Assembly (NCBI GenBank): GCA_945788675.1
Contig: CALZMY010000204.1
Coordinates: 1 to 63,111 of the forward strand
From: an uncultured Gammaproteobacteria bacterium
GTDB taxonomy: Bacteria > Pseudomonadota > Gammaproteobacteria > SZUA-140
Length of the DNA: 63,111 bases
Direction: 5' to 3'
The translations under genes were made by a program, and so were the position numbers. Positions 45,190 through 52,657 of the stretch are shown here, in pieces. Numbering within the stretch: the stretch's first letter is position 1; each line of letters opens with the position of its first letter. Under the pieces are notes generated by a model, which saw only the letters and a program-made list of their open reading frames with translations, did not search any database and was not told where the DNA came from.

Positions 45190-45849
45190 ATGGATGAATT
45201 GAGCGTACTTCAACGCGTTGCCGTTTGGGCACTACCGGTGCTATTGGCGATCACTGTGCATGAGGTTGCGCATGGCTGGATGGCGATGCGGCTTGGAGAC
45301 AAGACGGCTATGATGCTGGGGCGTCTGACGCTCAATCCGGTCAAACACATAGATCCCATTGGAACACTTTTAGTCCCCGGCCTGTTGTTGGTGATGGGGG
45401 GCTTTATCTTTGGCTGGGCGAAGCCAGTGCCGGTCACCTGGGAAAATCTGCGACATCCAAAACGCGATATGGCGCTAGTGGCGTTGGCTGGGCCGATGAG
45501 TAATCTCCTGATGGCGTTGATGTGGGCTGCTATTGTGAAACTCGGACTGGTGCTGGCCACTGCAGGTAGTGCTGAGATGATCGCATTGCCACTGATTTAT
45601 ATGGGCGGCGCCGGGATTACCATCAACCTTATCTTGATGGTGTTAAACCTGTTGCCACTGCCGCCACTGGATGGAGGACGGATTGTCGCCTCTCTGTTAC
45701 CTGATCGACTTTCGTGGCAGTTTAATCGGTTGGAGCGCTGGGGTTTTGTTATTCTGCTGGGGTTGATGGTGATGGGGGTGCTGGGAAAGATTCTTTGGCC
45801 GCCTATCAACTACCTGCAGGGCCAGCTCTTCCTGTTATTTGGTCTTTAA
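45190..45849 (+). CDS. Site-2 protease family (M50) membrane metalloprotease.
   Basis: HEVAHGW zinc motif in the first TM region and NLLPLPPLDGG as the second conserved motif. Confidence 0.8.
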   Translation: MDELSVLQRVAVWALPVLLAITVHEVAHGWMAMRLGDKTAMMLGRLTLNPVKHIDPIGTLLVPGLLLVMGGFIFGWAKPVPVTWENLRHPKRDMALVALAGPMSNLLMALMWAAIVKLGLVLATAGSAEMIALPLIYMGGAGITINLILMVLNLLPLPPLDGGRIVASLLPDRLSWQFNRLERWGFVILLGLMVMGVLGKILWPPINYLQGQLFLLFGL

Positions 45850-45886
45850 AAGTAAATATTTTTGTTTAAATTAAGAGGATAACTGA

Positions 45887-47107
45887 TTGATTACTACGGC
45901 TTCTCAAAAAAACCGTGTGCTCTCGGGAATGCGCCCAACGGGCCGGCTCCATCTGGGCCATTACCACGGTGTTTTGAAGAACTGGGTGAAGTTACAACAC
46001 GAATATGAGTGTTTTTTCTTCGTCGCAGACTGGCATGCATTGACGACTGAGTATGAAAATACCGCGTTGATTAGTGACAGCATCTGGGAGATGGTGATTG
46101 ACTGGCTAGCCGCTGGCGTTAACCCAGGTGCGGCTAATCTCTTTATTCAGTCGCGTGTCCCCGAACATGCAGAGCTCCATCTGCTGCTCTCCATGATCAC
46201 ACCGCTAGGTTGGTTGGAGCGGGTGCCAACCTATAAAGATCAGCAGGAAAAGCTGAAAGAGAAAGACCTCGATACCTACGGTTTTCTTGGTTACCCATTG
46301 TTGCAGAGTGCCGACATTCTGGTCTACAAGGCAGCACAGGTGCCTGTCGGTGAAGACCAGGTGGCGCATGTCGAACTGACACGTGAAGTAGCGCGACGTT
46401 TTAATCATCAATATGGTCGCGAGCCGGATTTTGCAGAAAGGGCTGAGCTGGCAATTAAAAAGATTGGTAAGAAAAATGCAAAGCTCTACAGAGGGTTACG
46501 TAGACAATATCAGGAACAGGGTGATCATGATTCGCTGGAGAAGGCGCGTGCATTACTGGAAACGCAGCAGAACATCACGCTTGGTGATCGTGAGCGCCTG
46601 TTTGGTTATCTGGAAGGGGGAGGTAAAATCATTCTGCCTGAGCCGCAGGCGCTACTGACTCCGACTTCCAAGATGCCGGGACTCGATGGGCAAAAGATGT
46701 CAAAATCTTACGGCAACACCATCGCACTGCGTGAGGCACCTGATGTGGTCGAGAAGGCGCTGCGTACCATGCCCACTGATCCAGCGCGCGTGCGTCGTAC
46801 TGACCCTGGAAATCCTGAGATTTGTCCGGTGTGGGGTTTTCATGAGATCTATTCCACCGATGAGGTGCGCCAGTGGGTGGTAGAAGGGTGTCGCAGTGCC
46901 GGCATCGGCTGTATTGATTGCAAGCAACCGGTGATCGATGCTGTAATTGCTGAGCAGGCGCCGATTCATGAACGGGCGATGCAGTATATCGAAAGCCCCA
47001 AGCTGGTACGTAATATTATTGCCGAAGGGAGCGAGCGTGCACGTGAAGTGGCGCGCGAAACACTGGATGAAGTGCGAGAGGTAATGGGGCTTGCAGATAA
47101 CAAATAA
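45887..47107 (+). CDS. trpS: Tryptophan--tRNA ligase (long form).
   Basis: SGMRPTGRLHLGHYHG (HIGH-type) and KMSKSYGN (KMSKS). TTG start. There is a ~70-aa insertion between RFN..YG and LPEP. Confidence 0.93.
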   Translation: MITTASQKNRVLSGMRPTGRLHLGHYHGVLKNWVKLQHEYECFFFVADWHALTTEYENTALISDSIWEMVIDWLAAGVNPGAANLFIQSRVPEHAELHLLLSMITPLGWLERVPTYKDQQEKLKEKDLDTYGFLGYPLLQSADILVYKAAQVPVGEDQVAHVELTREVARRFNHQYGREPDFAERAELAIKKIGKKNAKLYRGLRRQYQEQGDHDSLEKARALLETQQNITLGDRERLFGYLEGGGKIILPEPQALLTPTSKMPGLDGQKMSKSYGNTIALREAPDVVEKALRTMPTDPARVRRTDPGNPEICPVWGFHEIYSTDEVRQWVVEGCRSAGIGCIDCKQPVIDAVIAEQAPIHERAMQYIESPKLVRNIIAEGSERAREVARETLDEVREVMGLADNK

Positions 47108-47133
47108 TCAATTAGTTACGGCCTTTATCTATA

Positions 47134-48000
47134 ATGGTTTCTGACATAAATTCTGAAGTTGATGCTGAGGAAACTGAGGTGGTTACGCCAACCCAGCAGG
47201 AGATGCCCTTTGCCATTGTTCAGGGCAAGAGCATCAGCGAGCCGCCGCAGGACCTCTATATTCCACCGGATGCGCTCGAGATTTTTCTTGAGGCGTTCGA
47301 GGGGCCGCTCGATCTGTTGCTCTATCTGATCAAACGCCAGAACCTCGATATTCTCAATATTCCGATTGCCGAGATCACCCGGCAGTACATGGAGTATGTC
47401 GAGCTGATGAAGGAGCTGCACCTTGAGCTGGCAGCGGAGTATCTGGTCATGGCGGCGATGCTGGCGGAGATCAAATCACGCATGTTGTTGCCGCGTCCTG
47501 TTGAAGTAGATGACGAGGATGATCCGCGTGCCGAGCTGATCCGGCGTCTGCAGGAGTACGAACGCTTCAAACAGTCAGCTGAAGAGATCGAGGCGATGCC
47601 GCGTGTTGATCGCGATATCTTCCCGATTGCAGTGAAGGCCCCCGAGAGTAATGTGGTGAGGCTGGAGGCGAAGGTCGAGTTGCAGGAGATCCTGCTTGCC
47701 TTCCAGGAGATCATGGCACGCGCGGATATGTACACACATCACCAGATCAAGATGGAGCCACTCTCTGTGCGCGAGCGCATGACAGAAGTGCTTGATCTGA
47801 TCGATACTGAAAAATTCACCGAGTTCTCTGCCCTGTTTACCCCGCAAGAGGGGCGCATGGGGGTCGTCGTATCACTGCTGGCGATCCTTGAGCTGGTCAA
47901 AGAGTCGCTGCTTGAGCTGGTACAAACTGAAAACTATGGCCCTATTTACGTAAAGGCACCACAAAATGTTCACGAGCCCCATGAATCAAACTCAGCTTAA
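47134..48000 (+). CDS. scpA: Segregation and condensation protein A.
   Basis: FEGPLDLLLYLIKRQNLDILNIPIAEIT is the kleisin N-terminus, and a winged-helix C-terminus follows. Confidence 0.9.
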   Translation: MVSDINSEVDAEETEVVTPTQQEMPFAIVQGKSISEPPQDLYIPPDALEIFLEAFEGPLDLLLYLIKRQNLDILNIPIAEITRQYMEYVELMKELHLELAAEYLVMAAMLAEIKSRMLLPRPVEVDDEDDPRAELIRRLQEYERFKQSAEEIEAMPRVDRDIFPIAVKAPESNVVRLEAKVELQEILLAFQEIMARADMYTHHQIKMEPLSVRERMTEVLDLIDTEKFTEFSALFTPQEGRMGVVVSLLAILELVKESLLELVQTENYGPIYVKAPQNVHEPHESNSA

Positions 48001-48919
48001 AAATATTATCGAGGCCGCGATCATGACCGCGGACACCCCCGCCTCAATGGACTACCTGCTGCGGCTCTTTAGCGAAGAGGAGCAGGTGGGCCGTGAAGAG
48101 ATTAAAGAAGTGCTGATGCAGCTGGAAGCCGAGTGTGAATCGCGCGGCATTGAATTGAAAGAGGTGGCGAGTGGCTATCGCTATCAGGCCAGTCAGGATA
48201 TCTCACCGTGGCTCTCTCGCCTCGAAGTCGAGCGCCCGTCACGTTATTCGCGCGCGCTGCTGGAGACACTTTCGCTGATTGTCTATCGCCAGCCGGTAAC
48301 GCGCGCCGAGATCGAAGATGTGCGCGGTGTTGCCGTCAGCTCATCAATCATTAAGACCTTGCTGGAACGGGAGTGGGTGCGTGTCGTGGGTCATCGTGAT
48401 GTCCCCGGCAAACCGGCACTCTATGGCACGACGCGACAGTTCCTTGATTACTTCAATCTTAAGAGTCTTAGTGAACTGCCACCGTTGGCTGAAATCCGCA
48501 GCCTTGATTCGATTCAGAACGAGCTGGAACTGAAGGTGGTTATTGGTGGTGAAGAGGCGGCCAATGCTGATTCGATGGATGACCAGCAGGTCGCTACCGT
48601 AGCAGAAGAGGGTGAAGATGATGCTACGCCCGTTGACGAAACTGTACTGGGGCAAGATGTGGCGGTTATCGAAAAGGCAAATGTGCAGAGTGATGAGTCA
48701 GCGTCAGTCGACAACGAAGCTGCTACGCTTACTGATGAAGGCGATAAGGCAATTGTGAGCAGGGATACGCCTTCCGCAGAGCATGATGTTGAATCCAGCG
48801 CGATAGAAAATGACACTGCTGAGATCGATGTTATTTCAGATGAGCCAGACACTACGATGACATCGGATTCTGATGAGCAAGCGAATAGCGATGATTCACT
48901 TGCTGCTAGAACGGGTTGA
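47981..48919 (+). CDS. scpB: SMC-Scp complex subunit ScpB with a long acidic C-terminal tail.
   Basis: LKNIIEAAIMTAD..., LKEVASGYRYQ, PSRYSRALLETLSLIVYRQPVTRAEIE..RG and GRPALYGTT. The last ~130 aa are D/E/S/T-rich. Confidence 0.85.
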   Translation: MNQTQLKNIIEAAIMTADTPASMDYLLRLFSEEEQVGREEIKEVLMQLEAECESRGIELKEVASGYRYQASQDISPWLSRLEVERPSRYSRALLETLSLIVYRQPVTRAEIEDVRGVAVSSSIIKTLLEREWVRVVGHRDVPGKPALYGTTRQFLDYFNLKSLSELPPLAEIRSLDSIQNELELKVVIGGEEAANADSMDDQQVATVAEEGEDDATPVDETVLGQDVAVIEKANVQSDESASVDNEAATLTDEGDKAIVSRDTPSAEHDVESSAIENDTAEIDVISDEPDTTMTSDSDEQANSDDSLAARTG

Positions 48920-48928
48920 TATAACCCC

Positions 48929-49825
48929 ATGAGTGAACGCATTCAAAAGGCGCTGGCACAGGCCGGCCACGGCTCGCGCCGCCAGGTTGAGGGGTGGGTG
49001 CAGGAGGGGCGCATTACCGTCAATGGTAAAGTGGCCACGCTGGGTGAGCATATCACCGAAGATGACCGGGTGATGCTGGATGGTAAACAGCTGCGCCTGA
49101 AATTCAAACAGGAACTACCGCTCAAGGTGATCATCTATCACAAACCAGTCGGTGAGATCTGTACCCGTATTGACCCCGAAAAACGGCCGACTATTTTTAA
49201 TAACCTGCCCAAACTGCGCGGTGGGCGTTGGGTTGCGGTGGGTCGACTCGACGTAAATACCAGTGGTCTATTGTTGCTGACCACCAGTGGTGAACTGGCC
49301 AATAAGTTGATGCATCCCTCTAGTGGCATGGAAAGAGAATATGCGGTACGGGTGCTGGGTGAGGTCGATCGCGACATGCTCAAACAGCTGCGTGAAGGGG
49401 TAGTGTTAGACGACGGCAAGGCCTCATTCGATACCATTCGCGATGCGGGTGGGCAGGGGGCCAACCACTGGTATCACGTGATCATCAAAGAAGGGCGCAA
49501 GCGTGAAGTACGTCGCCTGTGGGAATCACAGGGGGTAACTGTGAGTCGTCTGATCCGCGTGCGCTTTGGTGACATCACACTGCCGCGAGGTCTCTCTGCC
49601 GGTAAATTTACAGACCTCGATGATGCAAGTCTCAATAAGCTGCTAAGAAGTGTCGACATGCCTGCGATAGAAAAGAAGCACGGTCGTGCCGCAAGCCGTA
49701 CGCGTGCTAATCCACGCTCAACCCCGAAGAAGCTGGATGATAAACCGAAAACCAGACCAAGAGCTAAGCCTAAAGGACATACACCGGTGGCCAGGAGGAA
49801 AAAGACCGCCTCAAAAAGAAAATAA
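48929..49825 (+). CDS. rluB: 23S rRNA pseudouridine synthase RluB.
   Basis: S4 domain (RIQKALAQAGHGSRRQ), catalytic GRLDVNTSGLLLLT and a basic C-terminal tail. Confidence 0.92.
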   Translation: MSERIQKALAQAGHGSRRQVEGWVQEGRITVNGKVATLGEHITEDDRVMLDGKQLRLKFKQELPLKVIIYHKPVGEICTRIDPEKRPTIFNNLPKLRGGRWVAVGRLDVNTSGLLLLTTSGELANKLMHPSSGMEREYAVRVLGEVDRDMLKQLREGVVLDDGKASFDTIRDAGGQGANHWYHVIIKEGRKREVRRLWESQGVTVSRLIRVRFGDITLPRGLSAGKFTDLDDASLNKLLRSVDMPAIEKKHGRAASRTRANPRSTPKKLDDKPKTRPRAKPKGHTPVARRKKTASKRK

Positions 49826-49846
49826 AGCAGGCGGTGGATATCAAAA

Positions 49847-49954
49847 GTAGCCCGGGCTGAGCTTTAGGCGAAACCCGGGAGGGCAGTGCCACATTCCCCG
49901 GATTTTACCACAAGGACACTTCCTTCGGACGCGCATAAGCTCAGCCCGGGCTAC
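49847..49954. repeat. Palindromic intergenic element A (108 bp, 18-bp perfect inverted termini).
   Basis: GTAGCCCGGGCTGAGCTT (49847..49864) and AAGCTCAGCCCGGGCTAC (49937..49954). The 72-nt interior contains CACTTCCTTCGGACGC, which is also present in element C. Confidence 0.8.
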
Positions 49955-50026
49955 ATATAAATTACTGGGTAGCTTTTGTATTCGCCTTGTTTAGAAGGGT
50001 AGGCAGGCATTCATGAAACTATGAAA

Positions 50027-50120
50027 TCATGTCATTGCGAGGAGTGAAGCGACGAAGCAATCTCTGTGCTTGATGGCCCTGATAGCGTGAGATTGCATCG
50101 CTTTGCTCACAATGACATGA
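50027..50120. repeat. Palindromic intergenic element B (94 bp, imperfect long hairpin).
   Basis: TCATGTCATTG (50027..50037) pairs perfectly with CAATGACATGA (50110..50120). The arms continue imperfectly (CGAGGAGTGAAGCGACGAAGCAATCTC / GAGATTGCATCGCTTTGCTCACA). Confidence 0.75.
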
Positions 50121-50165
50121 ATGAAAATTTTCTCCTGCTGTTAAAGCGAGCGTGAGACTTTCAAA

Positions 50166-50837
50166 TTGACACTCTTTTCCGTCTACCAAAAGCTACTCAA
50201 TCAATACGGCCCGCAGCAATGGTGGCCGGCCGATACTCCATTCGAAGTGATGGTCGGCGCCATCCTCACGCAGAACACCGCGTGGACAAATGTCGAGAAA
50301 TCGATTGCACGGCTCAAGTCCAAACGTAAACTAACAGCGCAGGCAATTGATCGATTACAACATGATCAACTCGCTGAGCTGATTCGTCCCTCCGGCTATT
50401 TTAATGTTAAGGCGACACGCCTGAAAAACTTCTGTCACTGGTATCTGGCGCAGGGTGGTTTCGAAACGTTGAATGAACTCGATACTGCATCACTTCGTCA
50501 TGGTTTGCTGTCGGTCAATGGTGTCGGCCCCGAGACAGCGGATGACATGATGCTCTACGCTTTCAATCGTCCGGTCTTTGTCGTCGATGCCTATACCCGG
50601 CGGATCTTTTCACGCCTTGGTTTGGTTGATGATGCAATTGGTTATGAACCGTTGCGGGAGAAGTTTGAGCTGGAGTTTATCAGTAAAAGAAAGCAGGTGA
50701 ACGAGGAGGCGCGTGTTGCACATTATAATGAATATCATGCGTTGATTGTGGTGCACGGTAAGGATGTCTGTCGTACGCGGCCACGCTGTGAGAAGTGTTG
50801 TCTGCGTAGGCAATGCGCATTTATAAGTGACAACTGA
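50166..50837 (+). CDS. Endonuclease III-related HhH-GPD family protein.
   Basis: ILTQNTAW, the HhH motif VNGVGPETADDM, VDAYTRRI and the C-terminal Cys cluster CRTRPRCEKCCLRRQC. TTG start. Confidence 0.8.
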   Translation: MTLFSVYQKLLNQYGPQQWWPADTPFEVMVGAILTQNTAWTNVEKSIARLKSKRKLTAQAIDRLQHDQLAELIRPSGYFNVKATRLKNFCHWYLAQGGFETLNELDTASLRHGLLSVNGVGPETADDMMLYAFNRPVFVVDAYTRRIFSRLGLVDDAIGYEPLREKFELEFISKRKQVNEEARVAHYNEYHALIVVHGKDVCRTRPRCEKCCLRRQCAFISDN

Positions 50838-50868
50838 AAAATAAAAAAGGCGCCACAGTTGTGACGCC
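50838..50868 (-). terminator. Rho-independent terminator of the lipoprotein gene.
   Basis: On the minus strand, GGCGTCAC-AACT-GTGGCGCC (one mismatch) is followed by TTTTTTATTTT. Confidence 0.6.
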
Positions 50869-50890
50869 AAGAGGGGAGAATGTTATTTAG

Positions 50891-52258
50891 TTAGCTATCA
50901 TCTGAGTCGTCGTCATCGTCTCCACTTTCGCCATTGCAGCTATCTTCGAGATCGATGATCATCGCAACCATTGTGGTGGCATCACTCATGCCGCCTTTGG
51001 CCTCGATCACGGCGCCATTTCTCAGGCAGCTTGCATTGCCGTCTTCATACCAGCTGTTACTGGCGTCGATCGTGACCGAGTCGCCGTTGCTAATGCCGCT
51101 TACGTGCTCGAATTCCTGCACGGTTATCGTCAACAGGCTTCCGTTGATAGCGCTGATCGTACCTTCGAGTTCGGCATAGTCATCAAGGTAGCTGTGGCCA
51201 ACTGCGTTGCTCGGCGCCCCTTCGATCTCGATGATCGCAGCGGTGAAGCTGGTGCCGTCCCAGTTGCCTTTGATCTCCACCTCCTGCCCCACAGTGAGCA
51301 GCGCGAGGGAGCCGTGGCTGAACAGTGCATTACTGGTATTGGCGATATCGAGCATGTTGCTGCCCGGCATAAAGCTCGCCTCTTTCACATCGAGGGTCAG
51401 CGTGGTGCCGTTAAAGGTGGTGACGAACCCTTCTACTTCACTGTTGATCGTAACGCTGCCACCTGTGGCAATCTCTACCGCAGAGGCGGTGATGTTCAGG
51501 TTGGTGGCATCATAAGTGCCGGTCAGGGTGACCTGTATGCCCACTTGCAGCGGTGTGGTGTCGGCCGCGACGGTTGCGGTGGCCGCATTTGTTACCGTTG
51601 CCGTAGCGTGCAGGTTAACGGTGAGATTGGCGCCGCCGCTCACAGGTGACACGACAAACTGTGTCGGGCTGTTAACCGCCTGTACCTGCCCGTTCACCGT
51701 CGCTACGGTCTGGTTTAATGTGCCGGGATCGGTCTGCACCACGACAGGGTTCACGGTGTTGGTTCCCGCGTCGTAGGTGAACTGCTTCAGGTCGAAATCG
51801 AGCACCAGTGATGTGACCTGATTGGCGTCGACCACCAGTTGACCGGTCACGTTGAGCGTATAAGTAGGATTACCGCTCTGATCAAACGTCGCGCTGGTGG
51901 TCAAGCCACCCAGATCGACCAGCTGGATCTGGTTATCCATCACGATATCGAACGAGGTGTAGGTCCCCGCCGCGATCGTCTGTGCATCGATCAGTGCGCC
52001 GATGTTGGCCAGCTGTGAGAGGTTGTGAGTCTGGCCGGCGGTGTTGCGATAGAGATCTACCACCTGACTATTGGCGTTGGTTGCGGTGATCGCCTGTACG
52101 TTTACCCACACCTCTGAATAGCTCAGGTTCAGGTTGTCGGTGATCATCACCGAGACGGTGCCTGTGGTGCCAGTCGAAGACGATCCGTCTTCATCACTAC
52201 CACCACAGGCGGCCAGCACTGTAATCAGTGGGATTAAAAGTAACAGTTTCGTTTTCAT
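50891..52258 (-). CDS. DUF4382-type lipoprotein with three DUF5666-like beta-rich repeats and a poly-acidic C-terminus.
   Basis: Lipobox LAAC with GGAGAG upstream of ATG 52258. GTVSVMITDN...YSEVWVNV is DUF4382-like. Three modules follow (VNGQVQAVN.., VEGFVTTFNG.., LEGTISAINGS..). The tail is GESGDDDDDSDDS. Confidence 0.8.
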   Translation of the reverse strand: MKTKLLLLIPLITVLAACGGSDEDGSSSTGTTGTVSVMITDNLNLSYSEVWVNVQAITATNANSQVVDLYRNTAGQTHNLSQLANIGALIDAQTIAAGTYTSFDIVMDNQIQLVDLGGLTTSATFDQSGNPTYTLNVTGQLVVDANQVTSLVLDFDLKQFTYDAGTNTVNPVVVQTDPGTLNQTVATVNGQVQAVNSPTQFVVSPVSGGANLTVNLHATATVTNAATATVAADTTPLQVGIQVTLTGTYDATNLNITASAVEIATGGSVTINSEVEGFVTTFNGTTLTLDVKEASFMPGSNMLDIANTSNALFSHGSLALLTVGQEVEIKGNWDGTSFTAAIIEIEGAPSNAVGHSYLDDYAELEGTISAINGSLLTITVQEFEHVSGISNGDSVTIDASNSWYEDGNASCLRNGAVIEAKGGMSDATTMVAMIIDLEDSCNGESGDDDDDSDDS

Positions 52259-52467
52259 GGTGCTCTCTCCATTGATTGCCCATTGGCAATTTTTAATTTC
52301 TCTCTGTCGCGATGCAGGCTCCTGAGTGGGAGAGCGCATCGCTACTGTCTACGAAAGTTATGATAGGAGGTGAAGCTGAAATGAAACTTAAAAATAGAAG
52401 GGTTATTTGGTTTTTTTATTTTTAGATGTTTATTTTTGTTTGAGTGAGGACTGGAATTTTCGTTTTT

Positions 52468-52529
52468 CGTCACTCCGGCGTAGGCCGGAGTCCAGTGGTT
52501 TCTGGATTCTGGCTTTCGCCAGAATGACG
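52468..52529. repeat. Palindromic intergenic element E (two tandem perfect hairpins).
   Basis: ACTCCGGC-GTAG-GCCGGAGT (52472..52491) and ATTCTGGC-TTTC-GCCAGAAT (52506..52525), bracketed by CGTCA...TGACG. Confidence 0.7.
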
Positions 52530-52657
52530 TTATTAGTTATGTTTGTAGCGAGTCTAGATGCTGCATACACATAGTCTATGTTTCAACTTTGTCTTTATCG
52601 AAACCAATACGAATTATATTTTCAAATGAATTGTAGGGTGCAATAGAGAAGAGAAAG

